Source: Camelus ferus (lineage: Eukaryota). From it: a stretch of 64,000 nt of DNA. Made by a program: the position numbers and the translations under genes. The DNA lies in the NCBI RefSeq assembly GCF_009834535.1, contig NC_045707.1, positions 52,516,001-52,580,000 on the forward strand, read 5' to 3'. Below are positions 22,338 through 35,389 of this stretch, piece by piece (the stretch's first letter is position 1; each line of letters starts with the position of its first letter). Under the pieces are notes generated by a model that had not been told where the DNA came from, did no database searches, and saw nothing but the letters and a program-made list of their open reading frames with translations.

Positions 22338-25300
22338 AAAACAAAAATAAAATACAGCACACGTAACAGGAGTGAATTTTCTAGTATGGAAAATATACCT
22401 CAACACAGCTGTTAAAAAAATCTCAACACAACAAAAAGTAAGATGTTAATCAACTAGAATAAGGAGATAAGAAGGCCATGGAGGTGGACAGTTCTCCCAA
22501 GAAAGGATTCTGTAGTTACCATGAAAGGCCAAGATGGGGTGTTTAAATTCTAACATCTCCCGTGGGTTTCAGGTCCAAACGTGCACACACGACATTCTGC
22601 GCAGTGTGTGTATATACCTGTTTACAGAGAAATGGACGGAGAGGAAACTGAGACTCATTACGGGATGGGGCTAAAGCACAGTCTTACTTTTATGAGCCAA
22701 CGTTGAAAAAGCTAAAGCTAAAGAAAAGAGAGGAAAAAAAAAACTGATTTAGAGAAAGTGTGGTAGATTTCAGGGAATGAAAAGAATATTTAACAGTTCA
22801 TTCAGTTGTCCCCCTGACGTGAGAAGGGCTTGTCTGAGTCGTCAGAGCTGCAGGCTTTGGATGAGACGGCCCCGCTGTCAGAAGCCATGTCTTTCTCTAG
22901 GGCTGCCCAGATCCACCTGCCATACGTTATTTTGAATCAAGACTCAGCAAGCGATATGCCTCGATCTGAATGCAGGCTTGTACAGTGACGTGGGGGAGAG
23001 TGCCTTTAATCTGCAGATTTTCGTGCTTCTTATTTCAGAAGGGGTCAGCAGCTCAATTTGACGTTTTGAATAATTATTTTAAGTGAAGTCAGCGACCCAT
23101 TTTTGTTTCAGCAAAGTCTATGCTGAATTCCCTCCAGAGAATGGTTCAAGGGTTTTTGAAATTTTGAACCTTAGTGTCTTGGACATTAAGATCATTTCTA
23201 CATCATCAAAAGAATGTCTATTTTTCAGACTCACCTGTAACCTGTAATTGTCATATAAATTTGGTGCAAACGGGAAGATTGCAGGGAATTTTCTGTAAGG
23301 TTTTCCGTCACCTCTTTCTGCACTGTGAGCTGGGGTTCCCTGCTCCTTCCAGGATGAAAGCCCTGTCTTACCCCGGGGGAAGGGCTGCCCCCAGTTGGGA
23401 AGCTCTTCTGCCAGCAAAGCACGTGGTGGATGAGCCCTGTTCCCCTGCCGCACGTGACAGCCCGGAACCGGACCAGACCCGGCACAGGGGTGATCATTAG
23501 CAGTGTCAGTGGCCTTGTCAGTGACACACGTGCGAGGGCCTCAGATCTCGCCATCAGGAAGAGCTGGGAAACTGACACAAACCCCAGCAGGTACCGTGTG
23601 TAGTTTCTGATACATAATTGCTATTAAGTTACTGTGTTTTACATGGAGAGCCTTCTCCTTTATTAATAAATAGTCACATATATCGAGCACTGTCTCAGAG
23701 TGGGCTGCTTTCATTCTCTCAAGTCCCGAGTTAAGGAATCCATGCTGGTGTTAGATGGAGAAGCCCCATCCATCTGCATCGGCTCAACCGTTTCACCCAA
23801 TGTGAGAACAACAGACAAGCAGCCTCCTTGCCGAGTGTGGTCCTCACCTGGCTCGTTTCTGTTCAGGTTATGCCTGATCTTTCTCGTTGTTCGGGGAGAA
23901 CAGAGGAGAGGGTGACTAACTGCTTGGGGAAGTCCAGAAAAGGCATAAGTGGGGAGAAGACCTTACCGGACACAGGAGGGGCAGTTCTGAGGAACTGCTT
24001 GGAACTCGGACTTGGATTTGGAGGCAGATAGAAACACTGGTGTACCCTGGCTCTGTCACTGTCCTTCGTCAAGTTGTTAACTTCCCGGAGCCATAGTCTG
24101 CTCTCTACCATGTAGACAGTCACACCCACTTGACAGGGATGGTGTACAGATCACACAAGATAAGGCATCTGGAGTGTTCCGGGCACATGTACCTGCCAGG
24201 TGGGGAAGGATGGTGGGCTCGTCACTGTAGGAACCCCCGCCCGGAGGCTGGGGAGGCTGGAGATGAGTGCCTGGGGGACAGAAGAGGCAGGGACCGCAGT
24301 GTGACGCCCATGGAGGCCATGGTGAGGAATTTCCTTGGTGCAGGACCAAGGGCTGGAATGGAGAACAGCACGTCTTCACCAGCAAAAATCAGGAAGCCAG
24401 GAGCCAGGAGAATGTCACGTATTTCAACAGCTTTAATTCAAATCCCAATAGATAATATGCTCAGTAAAATGTCATCTTATTTATTTATGAAACAAGCCCA
24501 GTAAGACTGCCGCTTGTCAGCGCGCCACCAGGAGTTCGCTGAAGGTTCCCTCTGTACTTAAAATGTAAGATTCAACTTTGCTTAAAATACTTGATAATGT
24601 GGGCTCTGTGTTAATTTCTCTTCATTAGGTCTAATTAGTGTTTTTTCACCGTGCCATTTGCAATGTTTTCTTAGCCTGGCAAGGTGATGAATTGCTTCAG
24701 TTTACTATTTTGTCCCAAGGCTATTTGTAAAGGAAAAAACAAGTACGCTTTTAATGAATTAAGGTCCCCTAATAAGGGCAATGATCTAAACAAACCATTA
24801 AATAGAGAAGAAACCTGTCAGCACAGACACAACCTCCCGAGTTTCTTGCAGTTAATGGATATTGGCTGGTTTAGAGGGTTTTGGATTTTAATATAAAAAC
24901 ATACGTATGCTCATCAGCCGTGTGTAGCATGCATACACGTGTACACACGCATCAGACTTCCGCTATCCGCAGCGTGGCGGTGGTCAGGGCGCCGTGGCAG
25001 CCTCAGGATGGGGGCGGGAGTTGAGCCGTGCAGAAAGAAGGAGGGGCACTCCCCCTCTCGAAGGGTGCCCACGTCGTGGGACTCTGCAGACAGGCTGACC
25101 CTGCATGGTGCTTTGAGAGCACAGAACAAATGCTGAGGGGGATGGACTTGAAAAGTCAGCAGCTTTGCCTGCAGGCAGTGGTCATTCTAGAAGGGGTAGA
25201 TTGAGAGTCGCAAGTAAACCAGCAGGGGAAGAGAAGGCTGCGTTACTCAGGGACTGATGGGAGTGGACCACTTCCCAGGCGGTCTTACAAGTAAGGCTTT

Positions 25301-27064
25301 TGAACCGCCCTAGAGCCCTGGAGCCCTAGAGCCATCCACAAAGGGGAAGTGATGGCAGAGTTTTGAAAGTCCTCCTCCAGGTCTTCCTAGTTCCCTACTG
25401 AGAAACTTCGCTGAAACATTTCATGAACAGAAAGGAATGATTCAGCTAACAATGAACTCCAGGACCAAGCAACAGTCTCACTCCTGGTTGGAAGGATCTT
25501 TGAGATGTAAACGGCACTGTGACAGGGCAGCTTTCAAAGTGTAGAACACAGATTCAAATGCGGCTTTTACGCTTCCCAGATGAAAATTGTTTTCCACCAC
25601 TAAAAGCCATTTGAAAAGTATACGTATATTTTTTAAATTGGAAAAGAGATGAAAGAAAATGTATTAAACAAAGGTAATACATCATGAACATAAAAATGTA
25701 TGAATGTTAAATATATGTATATAGCAGCAACTTATGTGAAATTACTGCTTCATCAAACTATTGTGGCTGAAGGAAAAGCAATAAAGTAAACTGCTTAATG
25801 ATATTTAATGAGACATGCCTATGAATTACCTAGAGTTCATTCTATAACTTTCAAGATATTAGAGTAATTAATTGTTGTCCATAATCTTTATCTTATTTTA
25901 GAAAAATTTCCCAATGCTAGTCAACCTGTTTAAATGAGCCAGGATTATTACATCTTTTTTTTTTTTTCTTTTTCAAAACCAAAGCATTCTTGGCAGTGAA
26001 ATGAATTATTATATGGACAACTGTTTTTTAATCATTTGAAGGTAAATCAATGAATAATTTAAGCTTGAAATTTCAGGAAGCCAGTTAAGGGTTTTTGCCG
26101 CTTGCTTGCTGGTGTCTTAGGCTGGGGGTCGGTGGGTTTGGACCTGTTCTCCTTTGAAAAATTCTAATGGCTTATTTTAGCTCATTTAGAGTTTATCTCA
26201 CTAGAGTTGGAGGGGTCATGTTTAACAGGGACCCAAGGCTGAGGACAGCATATGCTAAACGTGGGCCCAAGAATATTGAATTCTCCTGAGTTCTGAAAAG
26301 AAATGTTTGAGATATTATGTATTCAAGTGAAGGATGGCGAGTGTGATTTTGTATTTTGGGTATGGGTTTGTAAGCTTCACGGATTGCCTTATGTTTCTGG
26401 AACCAAAAATAATTGTTATTATTTGTACAAGACTTATAATCTTCTCAACAAGACTGAGAAGAAGGTAGTATTTTTCTCCACTTACAGGCAATGTTCAGAA
26501 TGGTTTATTAACTTTCTAAAGATCTTAAGTCGGACTTTATATTCAAATGCCCTGAGACCAGATTTCATAAGTCTTGTGATTTGTTCAGCTACGGTACAGT
26601 TCAGCTACTTGATAATACCAAGATAATCTTTTATACATCCATCCACGTTCAGAAACTTCTAGCTCTTCGATCATGTCGAATAGTGTAAGAACAGGCTCTG
26701 CATGTCATTATTTGGCATGATCCAAAAGTGAGCCTAGGTGGTGTGTCTGGAAATTTTAGATGAGAGCGTTTTTGACCAAACTTTCAGGTCAGACCATTTA
26801 GAAATATTGGTCAAAGCATGTAAAACTCCTGATTGATGGTACCCGAGAGCTAGCCAAGCATCGCAGGCCAAGGTTCTGGGAGGAGGAAAGAGCCAGGCCC
26901 TGGACCTCATTTCCCTTCAGTGTGATGGTCAGCGGCCGAGCTGTTTGCTGAGAAAGCGAAGCTCCCCACAGCTGGAGTCCAGGCCCACAGACGAGGGGCA
27001 AGCTCTGCGAAACACCCGGATCACTGGAGAAGTGAAAAACGTTTAAAAAATGTGCACATTTTAG

Positions 27065-28135
27065 AACGTGTGTGCTCAATTAAAGCACAGGTTAGAAGAA
27101 AATTTGTAGCCTTAAATGCATCTGTTCAAAAGAAAAGCTGAAAATAATGAATAACTATCCTACTTCCAAAAGCAGCAGAAGAGAAACGGGTAAACCCCAC
27201 GCAGATAAGGAGCTGATGAAGTAGGAGCAGATGTTACTGAAATAAGAAACAAACATGCACTAAGGAGCCTCAACAAATCCGAAAGTTGGGCCTTTGAAGA
27301 GACTAATAGAATTGATAAATACCTGGCAAAACTGATTAAAAGTATAAAAAAATAGTCACATAAAACCAACAAAGGAAGGGAGCATCACCACAGAGCGCAG
27401 GAACATGGTGCACATCACAGGAGGATATTATGCACATGTTTGCGCCAATATACGTGACAACTTAGAAGCCACAAGAGGAAGTGGAGAGTCTGGGTAGTCC
27501 TATAGCCATTAAAATTTAAATTCATTTTGGAAAACCTTCCCATGAAGAAAATCATAGGTGTCACTTGCTTCACTGATGAATTGTACAAATAGTAAAGGAA
27601 GAAATAACTTGAGAAGAAATAACTTGAATATTTTAGAAAATCTTCCACTGAACAGAAATATTTTAGATAGTCCCAACTCATTTTATGAGGACAAGAACAC
27701 TTAGACACCAAAATTTGACAAGAATATTCATTGAAAAGAAAATCACAGGCCAGTCTCTTATGGGAATGTCTATGCAAAAGTCTAAAATAATAGCAAACAA
27801 GATCTGGCAAGACACAAAAGCCAACACACTGCGACTGGGTTGTGTGTGTCCTAGTAATGAGAGTTTGATTTCACATTCAAAAATTAATCAATGAATTACA
27901 TTTTGATGGACTATAAGATAAAACTAATGATAATTTCAAAAAATGTAGATACATATTAGGCGAAATTGAACATCTATTCATAATTTTTTAAAACTCTTAA
28001 GAACTAAGAATAAAAGATAATTTGCTCGATTTTATAATGATTATCTGCGTACAAATTACAGGAAATGTTACAATTCATAGTAAAATGTTAAAAACCTTTT
28101 CTTCTGAGGTCAGAAATGTAGTAAGATGTCTTAAA
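27065..28135 (+). mobile_element. Old, degraded L1 ORF2 fragment
   Basis: aaatttgtagccttaaatgc, ctttgaagagactaatagaattgataaatacctggcaaaactgatt, ccaactcattttatgagg motifs. Confidence 0.75.
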
Positions 28136-28382
28136 TTCTCCAGTAGAGCAGGCCCACAAAACCCAGACCCTCACCCTCCACCCAGTAAAGACAGAAGCCC
28201 CAGCCCCAAGCCTCTCTCTCTTCCTCTCTCTCCCTCTGTCTGGACTCCACCCCGTGTGCCTCGTATGCCCCATGGCCTGTAAGGGGATAATTCTTTTCTT
28301 CAGAGTTTCCTGATAATTACTGCTGGGTGTGTCTTCAAATCATAAGAACCACAAGAGAAGGTCCAGCATCAGCATAGTTTGC

Positions 28383-29060
28383 TCCTAGAAGAAAACACAG
28401 GCAAAATGTTCTCTGACATAAATCTTAGCAGTGTTCTCCAAGGGCAGTCTACCCAGGCAATAGGGATGACGGCAAAAATAAACAAATGGGACCTAATTAA
28501 ATTTATAAGATTTGCACAGCCAAGGAAACCATAAGCAAAACAAAACAACTACCTGCGGAATGGGAGAAAATATTTGCAAATGATTGACTGACAAGGTTCA
28601 ATTTCCAGAGTATATAAGCAGCTCATACAACTTAATAACAAAAACACAAACAAGGCAAACCAAAAAATGGGCAGAAGACCTAAACAAGCAATTCTCCAAT
28701 GAAGACATACGAATGGTCAATAGGCACATGAAAAAATGCTCAGTATCGCTCATTATCAGAGAAATGCAAATCAAAACTAAAATGAGGTATCACCTCACAC
28801 CAGTCAGAATGGCCATCATTAAAAAGTCCACAAAGGATAAATGCTGGAGAGGGTGTGGAGAACAGGGAGCCCTCCTGCACTGTTGGTGGGAATGTAGTTT
28901 GGTGCAGCCACTACGGAGAACAGTATGGAGAGTCCTCAAAAAACTAAAAATAAACTTACCCTATGATCCAACAATCCCACTCCTGGGCATATATCTAGAG
29001 GGAAACTTAATTCAAAAAGATACAAGCACCCCAATGTTCACAGCAGCACTGTTTACAACA
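28383..29060 (+). mobile_element. Younger L1 ORF2 C-terminal fragment, truncated at both ends
   Basis: ORF 28584 encodes [12 protein letters not shown]...[22 protein letters not shown]...CWRGCGE...HCWWEC...PYDP.IPLLGIY...PMFTAALFT. Confidence 0.95.
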
Positions 29061-30323
29061 CTAACCCTAACCCTCCTGTCCTTTTTTCTCCCCTTGAGAC
29101 GGGGCCAGTCAGCTCCCCACAGAGCCCCGCTCAGTGCTTCTGAGGCTGATGCTCTCAGGACCTCGTAGGCACCTTCTCACTGCCCCTGGGATCATCATCG
29201 TCATCATTCGTGTTTTCAAGTTAGCCCCTCATTAAGTTCCTTTGAGAAAATATAACCATCCTCTGCTTCCAATCAGCTCGAAAAACACCACATTGCCTAA
29301 AAGTCAGCAGATCTGAAGATATAAGCACTCGGTGCATGAGAATCCTAAATTGAAAATTCATTTTCATTTGCAGAAATAAGTGGGATCTGTTTGGACCATT
29401 TAAAACGATGCATGAAAAGTACTTGCTGGTAGTTTTCATTTTAACTGTAGTTCTTTGTTTTCGCTCTTGTTCCTTTGCGTCTGCCTTTCTCCATGTCTCC
29501 TACACCAGACTGAGCCGAATGATTGCATCCTGTCATTGTCATGGCTGTTAAGCCTGCTGTTTGATTCGAGCAGACGGTTCTGCTCAGACAAGGCTCACTT
29601 AGGCAGCTTTCTTGTGCAGAACCCGCTGGACGGGTGGACATCTGCCCACAGGAGCTGCCTGGCTGGCCTTGGCTGGCATTCCCAGCCTCTTGGAAGAGCT
29701 GAGGAGGGCTCCCTAGGAGTTCCCGCTCCTGGTCCCACATTCCCGGATCCTCTCGCCTCCTCTGGAGTGGCCGACAAGCACCGGAAGACGAGTAGGGATG
29801 AAGTGGGTCCTGACCTCGTCCTTGCCAAAGCCCCAGAGCTCCAGCCTGGCTAGGGCAGCAGGGAGCGGGGAGAGGTTGTAACTGGCATGAGATTGGGGTT
29901 TAAATCTGTGGACATCAAAGAAAAAAATAAAAAAGGCGGGGTGGTCTGTCCTGTGAGTGTAGCTGAAGGGAGCGTCAGGACCTGGCACGACCTTCCGTCT
30001 CCTTTAGACCCGACTCTGCTGAGCGTGGGCACGCCCTTCCTGCCTTCTCTGCGTTTTCTTTCCCTTCTCTGGTCATCACGGATTTATGAAAATATAACCA
30101 TCGGGGATCTCCTGTGTGCTCAGTACAATGTCAGGTGCTGTTTGAAAGAAATGAAGTATGAAATGCGGCCCCTGCGCTGGGGAACTCTGAACCCGGAAGA
30201 GGCGTGTGCATCGTTAGGCAGTAAATCCTGCAGGGCTCGGGGCGGGAAAGCTCTCCACCTGTGAGCTCCCTGGCACGTTAGTTCCTGCTTCTCCTTGTGA
30301 CTTTCCTTAAACCCACTTGGTGG

Positions 30324-30802
30324 TGTCGGCTGAAATAAATGCACAGCCTAAAAGTTGAGAGTTATGTTTTATTTGGCGGGAGGACTCTAGCCGGGATGAC
30401 AGCCTCTCAGGTCGCTCTGAGGGACTGCTCCGAAGAGGCAGGGGAGGAGCTAGGATATATAGGAGCTTTACAGCAAAGACCAGGTAGTTGGAACATTAAA
30501 AGATTACTTGTTAACCAAGAAAACCCAGGCATCTCAAGTTAAAGGATTTAGCGCTTTTCTATGTATGGGAGGAAGCAAGCGTTTGGGCTCATTGAATTCA
30601 TTCCTTTGACAAGCACCTAGCTACCTAGGGCCAGTGTCCTGTCGTTTCTTGTTCTGAGTCCCCTCAGAGGGCAACACTGTGAGTGGCTGCAGAGGCCGGG
30701 CTGCAGGCTTGTCTTCACTGGAGGGTGGCGGCAGCCGCTGATGACTTGGTGGCTTCAGCATTCTTTGTTTACTGATGTGGTTTGCAGCATTTTTCGTTCA
30801 CA
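30324..30802 (-). mobile_element. Solo ERV1-class LTR (MER41-like, cetartiodactyl type), 479 bp
   Basis: TG...CA termini, aagttgagagttatgttttatttggcggg, ctctgagggactgctccgaagagg motifs; flanks gtgg/atgg are an imperfect 4-bp TSD. Confidence 0.75.
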
Positions 30803-32419
30803 ATGGGGTCCATAGATCTCTGAGCTACGGTTTTGCCTGTGAAATTGCATCCTGGTTTCTGCGATGGGAGAGAACGTCGCTAGGAGGCACGTTGCCCATT
30901 CAGTGCTGCATCTCGTGCTGAAGGCTAGGGGCCCGTGGACTGTCCGTGGGTCTCGACGTGGGCATGTGGCGTGATCGCTCCACCCTGGGTGCTGGGCCAG
31001 GTGCCGCCACCCAGCCTCTGTCTCCAGGGAGCTCAGAACGTTCTAGAGAGGACAGCAGTGGAGGCAGCAAAGGTGCATGGGGAGGGGTTGATTTCTGACC
31101 AGAGGGAACGAGCAAGGCTCTGAGGGGAGGCGTGATGTGGAGAAGTGAACAGAGCATTTCAGGAGGAGACATGTGTGAGTGACACCCTGAAAGTCTGGGA
31201 GGATTTAGGAGGTAAGAAAACCCATGCACAAAGCATAAGGGACATTGCTTTCAGCAGTGGGTAAGCTTGACTCGCCAGCTTACGCTGACCTTGGTGTGAG
31301 CTTTGGCAACGTGTCTGTGCTTTACCACTTTCAGTCCGCAGCAATCTTGCAAGAAAGGTATTTAGAAGATTCTATTTCCAGAAGCCTATTTGGAGACACC
31401 AGCTTGGCAGCTGGCACGATAATGAACACATTTCAATAGGATAAATCCTATTACTATTAATATTAAGCAGCCACAGAATGATTCATGAAGCTCTTTTCAA
31501 AATTCAAAAAGTACTTAATCAAAAGGAGGGGAAGGAGAAAGAATAAATAGAAATCATGACAGAAGTTGATTATTGTTGGCTTTTTTCAGAAGAGTCAGTT
31601 CTGCCGTTTCTCAGGCTGACTGGGGCTGAGGTCAAGTGCATGGATTTATTTTACTAAAATAAAGCTTTGCATTGGGCTGATAGAGAAAAATCTAACAAAA
31701 GGCCCTACGTGTCCAAGGAGTTGATGGATTTTTGCAGGTCACAGGACGGCCCTATGGTTTGTAAGTTCTGTATTTTGGGGGTTCTTTATGTTTCCAGTAT
31801 ATGAAATGTGAATTCTCTCTCTCCCCTACCCTCTGTCTCTGTTCCTCTTTCCTTCCTACCTTCACAACACAGAAATAGGTAACCCTCTTTTCTCTTGCTA
31901 CAAGCAAGGACTTTCAGGTAAGTTTCTTATTAACCAGGTAAGATTTCAACTAGATTTCAAATCTGTTTGCATCATCAGATGAAACTAATAAAATGGAAAC
32001 TTGCAAGTGAGAGAAAGGAAGGAACTCACTGCTTTAGGTGGAAAGATGCCCACAGACAACGCTATTTCGGGGCAGGAAATAAGTGTGAATTGTCTTTCCT
32101 GCTTGTTGCGCCTTTATTTTCTCTAACCCTCCTTTGACTGTATTCCTTGCAAGGGTTTCTGTAGAACTCACAGTGCACTCTGTGAAGGACCACTGTGGAA
32201 TTCAGAGATGTAGTCCCAGCTCCTGTGGACCCACCCACGTCGACATGAGGCGTGTGATCAAAGTCACACGCATGTCCTCTTCCTTCTGTTCAGCAGACCC
32301 AGCCAGCCCTGCCTTTAAAGCTGAATCTTATTCTCAAAAAATCAACCATGTTCTCTCCTTTCCTTTCAGCTATTTCTTTCCTCCATCAGGTTTGTACTCT
32401 TTTAAAAGATGAATCCTGC

Positions 32420-32900
32420 TGTATTAGTTATCTCTTGCTGCATTAAAATTATCCACTTTTGTTAACTCAGTGGCTTAAACAATAACCTTTTGTTATTTCA
32501 GTTTCTGTAAAAAAGGAATCCAAGCTGCAGCTAAGCTCAGAGCCCCCCATGCAGGTGAGAGGGAGGCATCTGCTGGGCTGCTGTCCTGTCAAGGCCGGGA
32601 GGAGATGATCGCTTCCAGGTTCACCCACGTGCTGGCTGGCAGCCTGGGTCGTCGTGGTCTGTTAGTGGAGCACCAATTGGTCCTTCGGTAGGGTAGCTCA
32701 CATCCTGCAAAGTGATGGAGAGAATGAGCGAGAGGTTGAGCACGCAGGATGGAAGCCACCTGACCTCAGACGTGAACGTTCACCAGGTCCAGCCTGCAAG
32801 GGGGGAAGACTTCGCAACGAAGGCGGGGCTCCCCGCACCGTCCCACAGGCACCCACTGCGCCTGCTGCGAGTCGTGGTAAAGCCACGAGCTCCAGGAGAG
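32420..32900 (-). mobile_element. MLT1-family LTR
   Basis: tgtattagttatctcttgctgc...cagtggcttaaacaa...agtttctgt start. Confidence 0.65.
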
Positions 32901-33739
32901 ATGCTCCTTAAGGGCAGCCCCTCAGCATCGCTCAATCATCGGCATTCTTTTAGTCTTTATGGGGCACTAAAAAGCAAAGATTTTCCACATCACCTCCACT
33001 GCATGGGAGTTTATTCTAAGGGATTCTCAGCCCAGCACCAGGTACCTTTTAGCGGCGGAGCGATGAGCTGAGATTCTCTGAGGCAGAGACAAAGCCCTGT
33101 CTTTCTATATTTTCTCTTATGAGTGTGAAAATTATTCTTCCCACAGACTGTACATGAGGGAGGGGAGGGTTTGGGTTCAAAGTGGGTGAAACTCCTAGCG
33201 GCAAATAAGCCCTGCATTTATCATTTAGAGGCCAGAGCCTTTTTATCATTTTTCAAAAGAGCAGTTTATTCATGACTTTCTGCCCAGAATTCTGCCTGCT
33301 GCTTTCTTGAATGTTTCACTGCAGCTGCTCTGCTCTGTGTGAAGGTCTGGGGTTATTTCTGCAGTGGGAGCAGGGACTAAGGATGCAGGACCACGAATGT
33401 TAGCGCCACACTCCACAGGGTTGTAGGGGGGCAGCTGCTGAGAGATACTATTATTTCCTTTGACCCCACGGGTTTTCCTTCCACATTTAATGTCTTTCTC
33501 ATCCCATTCCTCAGCTCCCTCAAGTAGCCATCTATTGCTGCCTGCCACCCCATCCTGACGAAAGAGAGAACTCCATGTCGATAGTCTTAAGGCAGTTTTT
33601 TTTCCCTTAAAATTTATGGTAAGAAACTAAAACATCATCTCTATGTCCTGATCACTAAGACACGTACAAAATAATTTGAATTTTCCAGCTTGGCACATCT
33701 TTTCAATCAGTATGACTTTCAAAAGGAAATGTAGTCAGT

Positions 33740-33741
<2 letters not shown>

Positions 33742-33784
<43 letters not shown>
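33742..33784. repeat. (GT)21 microsatellite
   Basis: Read directly. Confidence 0.95.
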
Positions 33785-33787
<3 letters not shown>

Positions 33788-34874
33788 GAGCCGTGGTGGT
33801 CGGTAGCAGAAGCCAGGCAGGATGGCGTGTATGCTGCGGGGAAAACGTCACCTTTCCTGTCACCCTGAACAGTGCAAGGGGTGCCCATCTTCTGGCCTCT
33901 GGTCACCATCAGGTCTCTTACTCTCAGTATCAACTCAGAGGAGATAAGATGAGCATTTTATGTCTCCCATGAAGGAAAAGAAAGGCTCATTTTTCCTCCA
34001 CAAATTCTGAGACTTCTCCTTTCTCGAGTCTAATTTTAGGAGAACAGCATGGAGCAATATTGTGACAGAGAGAAACATCTCTGTGAGAGGAAGTTTAACC
34101 ACTGTCTCATTGGAAGGCAAACCTCGGCAGAGTCTGCTTTGCCTTCAGAGCAGACCGGGAGCCGGCACCAAGCTCGCCAGCCAGGCCAGGACTGATCAAC
34201 TGAAGGGCTGCTGCCCTGGGTCGCGGGCAGACACAGGCGTGCGGGTGAGGAGGGACCACGGCACCGCCGTTCTCAGCCATTCACACCCAGAGCTTCCGCC
34301 CACGCGCCTTAGCTCACTTTGCCACGAAGAATCAGAGTCTACAGAGATAGGGGTGCAGTGAAGTCCTCTCTTTTGAAATGTTATAACTACAAGGTGTGGG
34401 GAGAATAAAACAAGCCTTCTCCAGCGTGTGTGTCCGGTGGCGGCATCTCAGATGCTGGAGATAGGAGACCGAATCTCCTCCTCAGTAGAGGACACCTCCA
34501 GACTGCCTGCACACTGCTGCCCGGGCTGAGCCCTGCCCGTCCCGGCTCTCACTGGCCCTGGGGGAACACAGCTCTCTTCTCGAATGCACACACTCGGCTA
34601 ATGGTGATTTACGCTTCCTGCTGCAGCTGCTGTCAGAGCAGCAGTGACGGATCTCCTTGCTTAAGTCTGCTGGGACACAACTTCTTAAGCTTTGCTAAAT
34701 GTTCCGTCCAGGCTGGCAGCAATTTGAACAAGGTGACAAGCGCAGTTCATCTGATGGAAATGTTTCGTGATTGGGCCGACATCACACGGTCTAAATCCCA
34801 TGCAATTTTCAGAAGATGAGTTAGTGCTTAAGTCTGTTTATTCGTCTATTTGAAAGTTCCAAGCTGTCAGACAT

Positions 34875-35322
34875 TTGTGTCTCTCTGGGAAAATGTCTAT
34901 TTAAGTCTTTCCTCATTTTTAAGTTGGGTTGCTTTGCTTTTTATTCTTGACTTTCAGGAGGTTTTTTTTTTTTTTTTTTAAACCATATTCTAGACAGTAA
35001 ACTTTTATCAGATGTATGATTTGCAAATTTTATTTCATTCTGTGTATTGTCTTTTCCCTTTCTTGATAATGTCCTTAGACACACAAAGCTTTTATATTTT
35101 AATGAAGTTCAATTAATCTATTTTTCTCGTTTGTGTTTTGTTGTCATATCTACCGCTATTGCCAAATTTGAGATAATGACGACTTTATCTTATATTTTCT
35201 TCTAGGTGTTTTATGGTTTTACTTCTTTTATTTAGTTTGTTGATACATACTGGGGTTAATTTTCGTATATGGTGTGAGGTAAGGGTCCAACTTCAATCTT
35301 CCACATGTGGCGATCTAGTTGT
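34875..35322 (-). mobile_element. L1 ORF2 3' fragment
   Basis: gaaaatgtctatttaagtc...ttatcagatgtatgatttgcaaat...tatggtgtgaggtaagggtccaacttc. Confidence 0.85.
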
Positions 35323-35389
35323 GGGGGAAAGGCGTGTCCTACCTACATAACTTTGGGATTGAGTGGAGGTTGTTAAAGACAAGAGGAAT

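Noticed and set aside
28584..29168. 194-aa ORF
   Set aside because: L1 ORF2 fragment, not a host gene.
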